Assembly (NCBI GenBank): GCA_963705305.1
Contig: OY970067.1
Coordinates: forward strand, 1,056,001-1,120,000
Reading direction: 5' to 3'
Source: an uncultured Methylomirabilota bacterium
GTDB taxonomy: Bacteria; Methylomirabilota; Methylomirabilia; Methylomirabilales; 2-02-FULL-66-22
Length of the DNA stretch: 64,000 bases
The position numbers and the translations under genes were made by a program. The notes beneath the pieces are model-generated. The model was not told where the DNA came from. It ran no database searches and was given only the letters and a program-made list of their open reading frames with translations. Below are positions 30,611 through 42,049 of the stretch, in pieces (position 1 is the first letter of the stretch; each line of letters starts with the position of its first letter).

Positions 30611-31477
30611 CTACAGGCCGAGGGCCTCCAGGGCGGTCGTGAGCCGGCCATGCTCCGCCGCGGTCAGCGCGCGAAGCGGCGGGCGAACCGCCGGCGAGGC
30701 AATAATCCTGCGCCGGACCAGCACGGCCTTGTACCCGGTGATCGGCGGAAGGCCGGCCGTCAGGGCGTCCAGCTTGGTGGCCAGCGCCTGCTCCGCCGCC
30801 GTGTCGCCTCCCGACCGGATGCGGGCCACCAGGCTGGCAAAGGGGGCGGGAAGGCATGCCGCCGTTCCCGAAACGGTGCCGGCCGCGCCCTGCCGGAGGG
30901 CCTGGGTGATGAGGGAATCACAGCCGATGAAAACGCGGGCCCCCGTCCGGAGGTACTGCCCCAGCTGGACCAGATCGCAAGCGCTGAATTTCAAGCCGCC
31001 GAACCGGGGGTGACGGCATAGCCCCCCTAGCACCTCCTCGGGCACGGACACGCCGGTCAGGCCCGGGATGCTGTACAGGTAGGTGGGGCAGGCGGCGGCG
31101 TCCGCGATGAGGCGGAAGTGCTCCTCCATGGCGGCTGCGTCCACCCGGTAATAGAAGGGAGCCAGCACCGCGACGCCGTCCACCCCGGCCTCACGAAGCT
31201 GGGACGCCACCCGGGCCGCCGGGACCGTCGCCAGGCCGCCGCACAGCGCCACCACGGGCACGCGCCCGGCGGCGAGCCGGACTGCTGTCTTCACCACCGC
31301 CAGCCGCTCCCCGTCGTCCAGGAGGAGGCCCTCTCCGGTGGTCCCGGCCACGAATAGCCCTTCCGCGCCGGCTGCCAGCAGATCGATCACGTGCGCCTCA
31401 TAGGAGGTCAGATCCACCGCGCCGTCCTCATGCATGGGCGTCACCGTGGCGATCACCAGGCCCGCAAGCAGCCGCAT
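30611..31477 (-). CDS. Dihydrodipicolinate synthase-family aldolase
   Basis: GTTGE, YLYSIP, Schiff-base Lys in GLKFS. Confidence 0.9.
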   Translation of the reverse strand: MRLLAGLVIATVTPMHEDGAVDLTSYEAHVIDLLAAGAEGLFVAGTTGEGLLLDDGERLAVVKTAVRLAAGRVPVVALCGGLATVPAARVASQLREAGVDGVAVLAPFYYRVDAAAMEEHFRLIADAAACPTYLYSIPGLTGVSVPEEVLGGLCRHPRFGGLKFSACDLVQLGQYLRTGARVFIGCDSLITQALRQGAAGTVSGTAACLPAPFASLVARIRSGGDTAAEQALATKLDALTAGLPPITGYKAVLVRRRIIASPAVRPPLRALTAAEHGRLTTALEALGL

Positions 31478-31560
31478 GCCTGCCTCCGTGCTTCTCGCCG
31501 CCTTCCGGACGGCCTCCGGCGGTTCGCCCAGATCGCTCGCCAGGCCGCGATCCTTCCCGG

Positions 31561-31974
31561 CTATGGCCTCTGCCAGAGCAGTTTCCCGTCGCTGCCGAAC
31601 AGGCTGATAACGCCAGCCCCGGTACTGAGCACCCTCAGGATGGCGCGCGGTCTTTCATTCTCATCGGAGATGGCCAGGCCCATTCTTCCATCCGGCAGGA
31701 TGCGGACCTCCACCCGGGGTCGCCGCTCCTGATCGTAGAGCACCAGGGCGGTCTTGCCCTCCGGGAACGCGCCCAGCTCGGCCCGGACCTTTCCCTTCGT
31801 ATCCCGCACCACGAATCGTTCTGCCTCGACGGTCTTCCCGCTTTGTGTCTGTCCCATCATGGTGAGGCAGGCGATCCCCAAGAGCATCACGCTTCCCCAG
31901 CGCTTCAGCCGCCGGTTCTCTCGCTCCACGCGCTCCAGCCGCCGCACCACGGAGTCAGGGGTTCCGTCCATCAT
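31561..31974 (-). CDS. Hypothetical membrane-anchored protein with short beta repeats
   Basis: RLERVERENRRLK coiled coil, TM segment, repeated L(Y/S)D..G..R units. Confidence 0.7.
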   Translation of the reverse strand: MMDGTPDSVVRRLERVERENRRLKRWGSVMLLGIACLTMMGQTQSGKTVEAERFVVRDTKGKVRAELGAFPEGKTALVLYDQERRPRVEVRILPDGRMGLAISDENERPRAILRVLSTGAGVISLFGSDGKLLWQRP

Positions 31975-32073
31975 GCCCTCCATGTGGATTGCCGCCGCCC
32001 ATCTCGAGCCGCCCTCCAAACCACAGGCCCTTGTCCCGGGCCCCACCCGCCGTCGGCCGGCTCGCATGTGCGC

Positions 32074-33039
32074 TCACGGCCAGAGGTCGGTGCTCAGATA
32101 CTTGAGTCCGGAGTCACAAATGATCACGACGACGGTCTTGCCCCCGAAGTCGCGACGGAGCAGCTGCATGGCGGCCGCCACGTTCGCCCCCGAGGAGAAG
32201 CCGGCAAAGATCCCCTCTTCCCGGGCCAGCCGACGGGCCATCTCGATGGCTGTCCAGTCCGAGACCTTCAGGCATCCGTCGATGTGGTTGCGATTGATCA
32301 ACGGCAGCTCCGGCATGGAATAGCCCCCGCCCTGGATGCGATGGCCGGGCTGGGTGGCCCGCTCGCCTGCCAGGACGGCCGCCCCCTCCGGCTCGACCAC
32401 GAAGCAGCGGATGGAGGGGTCGTGCTCCTTGAACGCCGCCGCACACCCGGCGAAGGTTCCCCCTGTCCCGACGAAATCGCAGAAGGCGTGCAGCTCCCCC
32501 CGGGTCTGGTGCAGGATCTCGGGGCCCGTGTGCAGGCAATGGGCGCGGACGTTCCCCTGCAGCCGGAATTGATCGGCCCGGAAGGCCCGGCGCGCCGCCG
32601 CGATCCGCTGGGTCTCCGCCTCGACCAGCTGCAGATCCTCGCCGGAGACCTCCCCGTCCTTCGATCCCGGCGCCTGATCCACCAGCACGACCTCGGCCCC
32701 CAGCGCGGCCATCATGCGGGCCCGCTCCCGCGAGTTGCCGCGGGACATCACGGCAACGAAGGGATGGCCCGTGATCCCGCACACGATGGCCAGGCCCGTC
32801 CCGGTGTTGCCGCTGGTCAGCTCCACCACGGTCTGGCCCGGTCGCAGTCGTCCCTCTCCCTCCGCGTCCTGGATGATCTGGCGCGCAATCCGGTCCTTTT
32901 TGGAGAACCCGGGATTGAGGTGCTCCAGCTTGGCCAGGATCCTGCCATCCAACCCCCGTGTCAACCGCGACAGGTCGACCAGGGGGGTCTCGCCGATGGC
33001 CTCGATCGCCGAGGAGAGAACGTCGTCACTCCTGCTCAT
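32074..33039 (-). CDS. Cysteine synthase-family PLP enzyme
   Basis: NPGFSKKDR, TSGNTG, GTGGT. Confidence 0.9.
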   Translation of the reverse strand: MSRSDDVLSSAIEAIGETPLVDLSRLTRGLDGRILAKLEHLNPGFSKKDRIARQIIQDAEGEGRLRPGQTVVELTSGNTGTGLAIVCGITGHPFVAVMSRGNSRERARMMAALGAEVVLVDQAPGSKDGEVSGEDLQLVEAETQRIAAARRAFRADQFRLQGNVRAHCLHTGPEILHQTRGELHAFCDFVGTGGTFAGCAAAFKEHDPSIRCFVVEPEGAAVLAGERATQPGHRIQGGGYSMPELPLINRNHIDGCLKVSDWTAIEMARRLAREEGIFAGFSSGANVAAAMQLLRRDFGGKTVVVIICDSGLKYLSTDLWP

Positions 33040-33111
33040 CTGGGTATGCTCCGCGCCGGCTTTCCTCCCAGCGACAGCTCGCGGTCGACCGGCAGCCTGT
33101 CGCCGGCCCCC

Positions 33112-34054
33112 TCAGACACAGCCGTCCGGCCCCGCTCCGCACACCAGGGCGCAGACCGTGTGGCCCGGCCGCGGGCGCACCTTCCCGCTGCACAGCGCGG
33201 CGACGGCGGCGGCCCCGCTGAGAATCGGCGGCCAGGCCCAGCTCGAACCAGAGCCAGTGGGCGGCCTCCCGCATGTCCTCGTCGCTGACGAGAACGATCT
33301 CGTCCACGTACCGCCGAACCATCTCCAGGTTGATGGGCTCGGTCTTGAGCGCCGCCAGGGTCGGGACGGCTGTCGTGATCCCCGGCAGCTCCACCACCCG
33401 TCCGGCTCGCACGCTCTCGTACAGGGTGGGGGCCCCCGTCGGCTCCACGCCGATGATGCGAATCGCCGGCCGCAGGCTCTTGGCCGTCAGGGCGACTCCG
33501 CTGATCAGACCGCCGCCCCCGATGGCCACCACCATCTCGTCCACATCGGGAGCCTGCTCGAGCAGCTCCAGCGCCGTCGTCCCCTGGCCGGCGATCACGG
33601 CGGGATCGGCAAACGGATGAATATAGGTGAGGCCGTCGCGCGCCGCCGCGACCAGGGCGGCCTGGTTCGCCTCGTGCCAGTGATGGCCCGTCACCACCAC
33701 GGTCGCCCCCCAGGCCTCCAGCTTTTTCGCCTTCTCCGGAGAGATGTTCTCGGGAACGTAGACCAGGGTGGCGGTCTTGCCCAGCCAGCCGGCGTAGGCG
33801 GTGGCCAGCCCATGGTTTCCCCCCGAGGCCGTGATGATCCCGCGCCGGATCTCGGCCTCGGAGAGACTGAGGAGCTTGTTGGCCGCCCCGCGCGCCTTGA
33901 ACGAGCCGGTCACCTGGAGGAGCTCCAGCTTCAGCAGCAGCTTCGCATCGGGCAACCGGTCGTCCTTGAGGCAGCAGGCCGCCAGGAGCGGCGTGCGCCT
34001 GACGTAGGGGGCGATGCGCGCAGCCGCGTGCCGCACATCATCGACGGTGATCAT
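33112..34054 (-). CDS. Threonine/serine dehydratase-family PLP enzyme, with a one-base insertion near 33224
   Basis: TGSFKARGA, SGGNHG, IGGGGLISG; the C-terminus LSGAAAVAAL...VCGAG lies in another frame. Confidence 0.85.
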
Positions 34055-34133
34055 CCAAGTCTCCAGTGGCAGATTGTTGCGGTCTGCCGGTGGGCATCCG
34101 CCGCTGCGCCGTGATCGCCGACCTGCCGTGCGC

Positions 34134-35800
34134 CTAGGCCTGTCCCGGCGTCCACGGCTCGGGCGCGGCGCAGCGTCCATCGGTGATCACCTCGACGACC
34201 GACGGAACGTCGGCGGCCAGCGCCTGTCGCATCGCGGGGCGATCCCGTCGGGCCGCTCGATCCGGATGCCGAGACAGCCCATCTCGCGGGCCAGGCCGGC
34301 AAAACTCACCTCTCCGAAACGGTACATCTCGTCGGGGCTGCCCGGCCGGTTCGCGTAGAGCTTCCTGATCGTGGCCGCGCATTGGCCAAGGGCGAAGTTG
34401 TTGTTGACCACCGTCACGACCCGGATGCCGCAGCGCCTCGCGGTTTCCAGCTCGGCCAGGTGGTACCAGAACCCCCCGTCCCCGGTGAAGCAGACCACCG
34501 GCCGGTCCGGGGCGGCGCATTTGGCCCCCAGGGCCCCCGGGAAGCCCCAGCCCAGCGAGCCAGCGCAGCGGAGGTACCGTTGCCGCGGGTGGGCCAGGGA
34601 GATCAGCGTGCCCGACCAGATGGCGGAGTATCCGGTGTCGGCCACCAGGATCGCATCGGGCGGGAGGCAGTCGGTGATCTCCCGGCAGAGCCGCTCGGGT
34701 CGGATCGGGACCACGTCGGACGCCCGGAGGGAGGCGACCTCCGCCCGCCAGTCGGCCACGAATTGCTGCACGCGCGCCGTCCAGTCTGAGGCCGGACGCG
34801 CAGGGACCGTCTGGAGCAGCATCTGCACCGCCGCCCGGGCATCGCCGCTGAGGCCCACGACATTCGGGTAGCTCCGCCCCAGCTCGGCGGGGTCGATATT
34901 GATCTGGATCGTCGGCGTCCCCGGGCAAGGCACGCTCCAGCCGTTGGTCACCATCTCCCCCGTGCTGCTCCCGACGTAGCAGACCAGGTCCGCCTCCGCG
35001 ACGGCCCGGTTTGCGCACCAGCGGGAGTACCGTCCGACCAGGCCCGCGTTCAGCGGATGGGATTCGAGCAGGGATTCCTTGCCGTTCAGCGAGAAAGCCA
35101 CCGGGATCTGGAGGCGCTCGGCCAGGGCGACCACGTCCGGGCCGGCCGAGGAGGCCGTCACGCCCCCGCCCGCCACGATGACGGGACGCTCGGCGTGGAG
35201 CAGAACGCGAGCCGCCTCGCGGACCGCCGCCGGCTCCGGAGCGGGCCGATGGGGCGGAATCCTCGAGTGGACGGGCTCCGGCTGCACCGCCAGATCCGCC
35301 TCGGCACCCTCGATGGCCTGGCCCTGATAGCCCAGGAGGTCGAGGTGGACGGGGCCCGGCATCCCGGTGGTCGCGTCGCGGAACGCCTGCCGGAGGAGGC
35401 GGGGAAGCTCTTCGAGCGCGGTCACTTCCACGCTGGACTTGGTCACGGCGGAGAAAAGCGGGGCGTGGGGCACCTCTTGGTAGGCGTGGCGGTACTGGGC
35501 CGGGAGGGCGGCACGCCCGGTGATGGCGACGACGGGGGCGCAGCCGAGAAACGGCTCCTGCAGGCCGGAGGCCAGGTTAGCGGCTCCGACCGCCTGGGCC
35601 ATGCAGAGGCCGGGCTTCCTGCCGGCCCGGGCATACCCGTCGGCCATGTAGGCGGCCGCCTTCTCCGAATGGGTCAGGACCCGGCGGATGCCCAGGGCCT
35701 CCATCTCCATGAGGGTATGCCGCAGGATTGCTTCCATGAAGAAGACGTGGGTGATCCCGTAGCTCTGCACCGTCCTCGCGATGAACTCGGCTCCGGTCAT
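34134..35800 (-). CDS. Acetolactate synthase-like ThDP enzyme, with a one-base deletion near 34238
   Basis: HSEKAAAYMADGYAR, GPVHL, GDGG...NN; the tail AMRQALAADVPSVVEV lies in another frame. Confidence 0.88.
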
Positions 35801-35873
35801 GCGCCTGCTCCCCGTTTCCTGCCCTGTGAATCGAGTGCCCGCCGCCGCGCACGCGCCGCTTCACTGGCCGCCG

Positions 35874-36656
35874 CTACTCCAGGAGGATGCCCCCGCTCAC
35901 ATCGATGGTCACGCCGGTCACGTACCTGGACAGCGACGACGCCAGGAAAAGAATGACGGCGGCCTGATCTTCGGGCAGGGCCAGCCTGCGCAGCGGAATC
36001 CGTCCCAGCAGGACCTCTCGCCGCTCGGGGGTGAGCTGGCGCTCGATCCGCTCGGTGAGGGTGACGCCCGGCGCAATCGCGTTCACGCGGATGCCGAGGG
36101 GGCCCAGCTCGCGCGCCAGGTGCCGGGTGAGCCCGATCACCGCGGCCTTCGAAGCGGTGTAGTGCGCTCCCTGCAGGACGCTGCTGGTCTGTCCGGCGAT
36201 CGAGGCCACGTTGATGATGCACCCGCCCCCGGTCCTCATCATGTGGCGGGCAGCCTCCCGGGAGCAGAGAAAGCTGCTGCGGGCGTTCAAGGCGAGCATC
36301 CGATCCCACGCGCCCGCGGTGATCTCCTGAATCGTCGCAGGCTGCCCGCCTCCCACCGCGTTCACCAGAATGTCGATCCGGCCACAGCGTGCCACCACAT
36401 CCTCGCACAGGGCGGCCACCGCCGCTTCGGAGCACACATCGGCCGTCAGGGCATCCGCACGCCGGCCATGTTCCACGATCTCCTTCCGCACGGACTCGGC
36501 TGCTTCGCCGTCGATGTCCACCGCGACAATGTCGGCCCCCCAGCGGGCCAGCAGGATGGCGGTCGATCGCGCGATGCCGCGTCCGGCCCCGGTGACCACT
36601 GCCACCTTCCCGCCGATCCCGAGATCGGGCGCCAAGATGTCCCCGGCCCGGTTCAC
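35874..36656 (-). CDS. SDR oxidoreductase (FabG-like)
   Basis: TGAGRGI, YTASK, NAIAPG. Confidence 0.92.
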   Translation of the reverse strand: MNRAGDILAPDLGIGGKVAVVTGAGRGIARSTAILLARWGADIVAVDIDGEAAESVRKEIVEHGRRADALTADVCSEAAVAALCEDVVARCGRIDILVNAVGGGQPATIQEITAGAWDRMLALNARSSFLCSREAARHMMRTGGGCIINVASIAGQTSSVLQGAHYTASKAAVIGLTRHLARELGPLGIRVNAIAPGVTLTERIERQLTPERREVLLGRIPLRRLALPEDQAAVILFLASSLSRYVTGVTIDVSGGILLE

Positions 36657-36874
36657 CAGACATTCCCCCTGCGGGTTGCGCTGCCCATGCGGCGAAACAG
36701 ATATGGCGCCTCGCCTCTCAAGTCAAGCGGAACTGACCCGGCGCCGCTCGACGGCCAGAGCGCGCGTTCCAGGCACCGCTCGGGTCGCAACGAAGGCCCC
36801 CTCGCCTCAGCGCGTCCAGGCTGTATCCATCCGGAGGCGCTTCTGAGGCAAAGCCGTTGTCTGTGGGCCTCCGC

Positions 36875-38215
36875 TCACACCTTGAGGCCGAAGAGCGTCG
36901 CCGCATTGTCCCGCAGCAGCAGCCCGGCCAGGGCCGGGACCTCATCCTCCACGAGCCAGCCGTCCCTCACCTTCTCCGTCAAGACCCGGCCGACCACCTG
37001 ACGCGCCAGGACGCTGTGGCCGTAGGCCCCCTCGGGGATGATGAAATCGCCCCCGAAAGCAAAGATCTTGCTGGCGGGCACGGTCTCGATCGCTTCGTGG
37101 AGGAGCCGGGCTGCGGCCGTGGGTGAGACGATATACAGCCAGCACAGGTCCAGGTAGACGTTGGGGAAATTCTTTGCCAGGGCCAGCAGTTCGCCGGTGT
37201 AAGGATAGCCGCCATGGAAAATGTCGAACCTGGCCTCCGGGTATTCGATAAACAGGTTCAGGAGGTGGGTCGGGTTCGAATTGGTGACGAGGTTCCCGTT
37301 CCCCTCTTGGAGGCCGGTATGGATCTGAATGGGCAGTCCGCGGTCGAGGGCCGCCCGGATGATCTGATGGAACAGGTAATCCTGCAGGGGCCGGGCCTCC
37401 TCCCAAGACGGCCCCTCACCCAGGTGGCTGAAGATGCGGTCGAACACCCGCTCAGCATCTCCGCGGGGGACCCGCTCGAACCGGAGGGTGCGGCGGTAGG
37501 CGATGCCGATCTTGACGCCTACCGCCCCTTCCTCCACGTACCGGTCAAGGGCGGCGTGCATCGCCCGCTCGAGATCGTTCAGTGAATGGATGGCGGCATG
37601 CGTGTCCGCCTCGATCGCGTGCAGGTCCTGCCTGGTTGTCGCGCACGCAAAGTGTTCGAGACGCACCACCGGGACGAAGAACTGCTTGTCCACGGCGGTC
37701 CGGTAGTCGTCCTGGATACTCACCGCGATTCGGGCTTTCTCCTTCAGGACATGCCGGTACCACCCTGTGCGGCGAGAGTCGGCGATGGCCTCGGAGAGGG
37801 TGCGGTAGGTTTGCCGGTTCAGGTCCGGAATGCCGAAGAGGTCTCGCATGGCGATGCGCAGGCAGGCCCCGTAGCCGGTGTGGCGGATCCGCTCCCAGTA
37901 AGGCTCCAGGGCGTCCCAGCGCTGGTCGAGCGAAAGGTTCGGGTCAGACGGGGAGGCAAGTGGCGGCGGCTTTCGGATCCAGCCGATGCGGGTCAGGCGC
38001 TCGGCCAGCACCGGGCGCGCGGTCCAGCGCACGGCCTCCAAGAGGGCAGCCGGCATTCCTGCGGAGACCAAATCGCTGGAGGCGTAGTGGGGGAAGAGGT
38101 AGCCGAAGTCGTGGGCCGCGCGATGCCGCTCCTCCTCCGCAAGCAGGTGCTCGTGAGTGTCCACGAGCGCGATGGCTTCGACGGTCTGGGCGATCCGATC
38201 GGCGAGTGTGGACAC
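36875..38215 (-). CDS. Amidohydrolase-family protein
   Basis: DTHEH, QIHTG, FHGGYP, FGGD. Confidence 0.85.
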   Translation of the reverse strand: MSTLADRIAQTVEAIALVDTHEHLLAEEERHRAAHDFGYLFPHYASSDLVSAGMPAALLEAVRWTARPVLAERLTRIGWIRKPPPLASPSDPNLSLDQRWDALEPYWERIRHTGYGACLRIAMRDLFGIPDLNRQTYRTLSEAIADSRRTGWYRHVLKEKARIAVSIQDDYRTAVDKQFFVPVVRLEHFACATTRQDLHAIEADTHAAIHSLNDLERAMHAALDRYVEEGAVGVKIGIAYRRTLRFERVPRGDAERVFDRIFSHLGEGPSWEEARPLQDYLFHQIIRAALDRGLPIQIHTGLQEGNGNLVTNSNPTHLLNLFIEYPEARFDIFHGGYPYTGELLALAKNFPNVYLDLCWLYIVSPTAAARLLHEAIETVPASKIFAFGGDFIIPEGAYGHSVLARQVVGRVLTEKVRDGWLVEDEVPALAGLLLRDNAATLFGLKV

Positions 38216-38696
38216 GAGGCCGTACCTCCTGGCTGTGTGTTTCCAGGGAGGTCTACCACGAAAATGGAAAAAACGCTACCCGCAGTCGGACCCCTTCAAC
38301 CTTTGGCGGACACGCATGCGGATATCGACCGATTCGGAGGTCCGCCGGATGGGTCTCCACCGCACCGCATGGCCTCGAGAAGCGGCTGGGTGCGTCGATG
38401 TCCGGGCGGGAGGATTTGCCGGAATTCGCCCTTGAAGCTACCACATCGTCTGGGATACATATTTTGCCCTCATCCTGATCGTGGGCATCTACCGCGAGGT
38501 CGGCATCTCCGACCTGCCGGAGATCCTCTACGAATGCCGCCTGATCAATCGGGTTCAGCCCCTCTCGCCTGTGGGGTGGGGATGAAGTCGTCGCGGGGGA
38601 GTCGTTTCCGGCTCGTCGGGGCGGCACGGGGAGGGAAAGGTCAGGAAGCGAGGCAGCGGGCGTATGGCGCCTCTGGGGGGAGCGGTTGGCGGCCTC

Positions 38697-40223
38697 TCAG
38701 CGCACCCGGTACGACCTCTGGTATCCCGTGGTCAAGTCGCTGATGGTGACGGTGATAATGCCTGCGGCATCACACTCGTAGCGCTCCTCGACGTCGTGGG
38801 ACTGGACGGCGGGACTGTGCTGGACGGGGACCTGGTCCAGGCGCCGCCTCTCCACGAGCTGGGGGTCGAAGGCGAACAGCGCCTCGTTCCAGAGGACGAT
38901 GTCCCCCGCCGGCTCGGCCTGCTCTTGCAGTCCGCTGCACTCCAGGAAGCGGAAGCAGCCGATGTTGTGGACAGGCCGATAGCGACGGGAGGCGCAGAGC
39001 GGCGGCTCGCCCGGCCGCGGCAGGGTCGTTTGCTTGCTGAAGATGGGGTCGAAGGCGATCCGCTGCCCGGAATCCGCCTCGCGCCAGACCCCGAAGTGGC
39101 GAGTGAACCGTTCCGTCAGGACGTACCCGCTTTCCCCGTCGGCCGCGATCGCCAGCCCGATGGCGGTGGCTCCCGAGGGGTAGGGGGAGCGGCGAACCCG
39201 TTTCCCGAATCGCTCTCGCAGGGAGCGCGCAAGGATGGGCAGCTCGCACGATCCCCCCACCAGGTATACCGCCGCCAGCCCGGGAACATCCGCGGCGGCG
39301 CTGCCCAGCGCCCCCACCATCGCCGTTTCAGTGGCCTGGATGGTCCGGTAAATCAGGGGGGCGCACCGGGTGTAGAACTCGGCGACCGGCACCATCACCC
39401 CCGCCGCCTCCGGCTGGACCTGCCCGAAATCCACCGTCAGCCTGCGGCTGTTGGGGCTGAGGCTCTCCTTGGCCTCCCGGCACAGGCTCAACAGCCGGGC
39501 CCGCGGCACGGCCCGAGGCGGCTCCGCCAGCGCGGGATCGGATAGGGCCAGCTCGAGGAGGAGCTCGTCGAAGTCGTCTCCCCCCAATCGGGCGATTCCC
39601 TCGCTTGCAATCACGTCGTGCCGGGTGCCGGCCATGTGGATGACGGCCACATCGAACGTTCCGCCGCCGAGATCGTAGACGACCAGGTGCTCTCGCCGCC
39701 GGCTCAGGCCGACCTTGCGGTACCGGTGGGCGTACTCGATGCCCGCCGCCGAAGGCTCGTTGAGCATCCCGATCAGGTCGAACCCGGCCCGCCGGAACGC
39801 CTCCAGCGTGAGGAATCGCTGGTTGCTGTTGGCGTTGGCCGGGATGCCCAGCATGACTTCCAGCCGCTCCCGGGAAGCCACCTCCAGGTTGCTGCGCCTA
39901 GTCAGGTCGCGGCGGAGGGCCGCCGCGAAGCGCGTCATCCACTCCAGAGCGGAGAGCTCCGCGCCACCCACCTTCCACACGGCGGAGGGGCCGGTGTCCC
40001 CGAGCAGGCGCTTGAACGAGGAAAGCAGCTCCCAGCCCGGTTCCCACTGCAGGGCCTGGGCGCGCAGGCCGAACGCCATCTCCCCCCCGCGGGCGGCAAT
40101 CAGGGAGGGATACCACTCCGCCGCATCCCCCTGCTCCGCGTGGAAGCTGACCAGGGGAAAATTGCCCTTGAGGACGGCCGCCACCCGCGTGCGGGTGGTC
40201 CCGAAGTCAATTCCTAATCGCAT
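38697..40223 (-). CDS. Stand-alone Hsp70-family ATPase
   Basis: GIDFGTT, EPSAAG, DLGGGTFD, LGGDDFD, LVGGS. Confidence 0.88.
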   Translation of the reverse strand: MRLGIDFGTTRTRVAAVLKGNFPLVSFHAEQGDAAEWYPSLIAARGGEMAFGLRAQALQWEPGWELLSSFKRLLGDTGPSAVWKVGGAELSALEWMTRFAAALRRDLTRRSNLEVASRERLEVMLGIPANANSNQRFLTLEAFRRAGFDLIGMLNEPSAAGIEYAHRYRKVGLSRRREHLVVYDLGGGTFDVAVIHMAGTRHDVIASEGIARLGGDDFDELLLELALSDPALAEPPRAVPRARLLSLCREAKESLSPNSRRLTVDFGQVQPEAAGVMVPVAEFYTRCAPLIYRTIQATETAMVGALGSAAADVPGLAAVYLVGGSCELPILARSLRERFGKRVRRSPYPSGATAIGLAIAADGESGYVLTERFTRHFGVWREADSGQRIAFDPIFSKQTTLPRPGEPPLCASRRYRPVHNIGCFRFLECSGLQEQAEPAGDIVLWNEALFAFDPQLVERRRLDQVPVQHSPAVQSHDVEERYECDAAGIITVTISDLTTGYQRSYRVR

Positions 40224-40459
40224 CCCACCTCACCCATCGGGCCGTCTCCGAGCGTCGGCGAGGGCTGGCACGGGAGAGCGTTCGTCTGACAGCGGCCCAC
40301 CGGCAAGATACCACGATGCGCCTCCGCCGGGTAGCCTTTCCGGAGAAAGGAGGGCCCGCGCATTGACCGGCGGGAACAGATCGCGCTATAAGGCAGTGTC
40401 GGGCATCCGGATCCGCTATCCGATGGGGAATGCGTCTTCAGCAGAAGAAAGGAGCCAGC

Positions 40460-41035
40460 ATGTATGTGGTAGCGTTCAACGGGAGTGCGCGCCTGGACGG
40501 GAATACTGCAGTCCTGCTCCGGACCGCCCTGGCGGAGCTGGAGCGGGAGGGCATTCGGACGGAGCTGATCCAGCTTGCCGGCCTCCAGCTGCAGGGCTGC
40601 ACCGCCTGCGGCACCTGCCGGGACAGGCAGGACCGGCACTGCGTCCTGGAGGGCGACAGCGTCAACGAGTACATCCAGAAGATGCTCGCCGCCGACGGGG
40701 TCGTGCTGGGCTCGCCGACCTACTTCGCGGACATCACCGCCAACATGAAGGCGCTCATGGAGCGCGCCGGCATGGTCGTCCGAGTCAACGGCGACCTCTT
40801 GCAGCGAAAGGTCGGCGCCGGCGTGGTCGCCGTTCGCCGGGGAGGGGGCATTCACGCATTCGACACCCTCAATCACTTCTTCACCATCGGGCAGATGATC
40901 GTCGTCGGCTCCAGCTATTGGAACCTGGGCATCGGCCGCGATATCGGGGCGGCGCAGCAGGATACGGAGGGCCTCCAGACGATGCGCACACTGGGCCGGA
41001 ATATGGCCTGGCTGATCAAGAAGCTGAAGGGGTGA
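40460..41035 (+). CDS. Iron-sulfur flavoprotein (NADPH-dependent FMN reductase family)
   Basis: NGSAR..GNT, CTACGTC......C, LGSPTYF. Confidence 0.9.
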   Translation: MYVVAFNGSARLDGNTAVLLRTALAELEREGIRTELIQLAGLQLQGCTACGTCRDRQDRHCVLEGDSVNEYIQKMLAADGVVLGSPTYFADITANMKALMERAGMVVRVNGDLLQRKVGAGVVAVRRGGGIHAFDTLNHFFTIGQMIVVGSSYWNLGIGRDIGAAQQDTEGLQTMRTLGRNMAWLIKKLKG

Positions 41036-41158
41036 GGGCGCCCGAGCCGCAACAACCGCCAGCGGCTGGACGCCAATCGGGGAACAGGTCGGGGCCTGCG
41101 GCTCGGCCCTCAGCAGCCAGCCGGGGCTTCGTGTACGGAAGCTGCCTGCGGCAGGTCC

Positions 41159-41581
41159 TCAGGGCGACGGGGTAAGAGGGAGTCCCCCCTGCATCCATCC
41201 CGTGATGCCCTGCGACATATGGTAGATGGACGTGAAGCCCAGGCGCCGCATGATCTGGACAGCCCTGGTGGATCGGCCTCCCGTCCGGCAGTAGACCAGA
41301 TAGGTTTTTCCCCGGCTGAAGGCGGCGATCCGGGGTTCAAAATCCGGCGCCAAGAGGTTCACGTTCACGGCGCCGGCCAGGTGGCCCTCTGCGAACTCTT
41401 GTGGCGTCCGGACATCCAGGACGACGAACTCCGCTTTTCCGGTGTTTTTCTGGATGAGTTTCTGGGCCTGCGCCACCGTCACGTCCTGGACCCCAGGGCC
41501 GGCCAGAACCGGTGCCACCGCCCCCAGGATCAGCGCCATCACCGCCGTCCATACGCTGGCTCTGCCCTTTCGCACGCGCAT
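41159..41581 (-). CDS. Exported rhodanese-like protein
   Basis: Signal peptide, LDVRTPQEF..GHL, YCRTGGRS. Confidence 0.85.
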   Translation of the reverse strand: MRVRKGRASVWTAVMALILGAVAPVLAGPGVQDVTVAQAQKLIQKNTGKAEFVVLDVRTPQEFAEGHLAGAVNVNLLAPDFEPRIAAFSRGKTYLVYCRTGGRSTRAVQIMRRLGFTSIYHMSQGITGWMQGGLPLTPSP

Positions 41582-42049
41582 CCGTTCTTTCCTCCCGATC
41601 AGCCCACTCATACACGGACGTCCGGCGCAGGCCCCTCTTTGACGGAACCGGAGAGCCTGACGCCGCGGCGAGCCGTCTTTCGACTCGGCCCCCATTTCCG
41701 GCCAGGATTCCCTCCCGGACCGGGGCCCGCCGATCAGCGACAGATCTTACCCCCCACCACGAGTAGCCGTCAATGTCAAGACCGCCAGGCCGGATGTCTT
41801 CGTCGGATGACGTTGGGGGAGCGGAACGGCCCCCCGGCATGTTCTGGCATCGATCCATGCGGCGAAACCGATTGACGTCGATGGACGAGACCGGTAGGCT
41901 CATGCTGTCGATTTTCTCCGAAAACCGGCTGGCTCGTCCTTCCGTCACTCCGGGGGCAGCGGGCATACAGCTCCCGTGGATGCCTGCGGAGGGGTGATCA
42001 CGGTGGGGTGGGAAGGGCGACCGCGTCATTCGCGAGAGGGAGGAATCCC

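Noticed and set aside
38465..38585. Short coding-like fragment (LILIVGIYREVGISDLPEILYECRLINRV)
   Set aside because: No start codon and no family recognised; too little evidence to call a pseudogene
41844..41861. Possible sigma54 promoter upstream of gdhA (TGGCAT...ATGC)
   Set aside because: GG-to-GC spacing is one base too long
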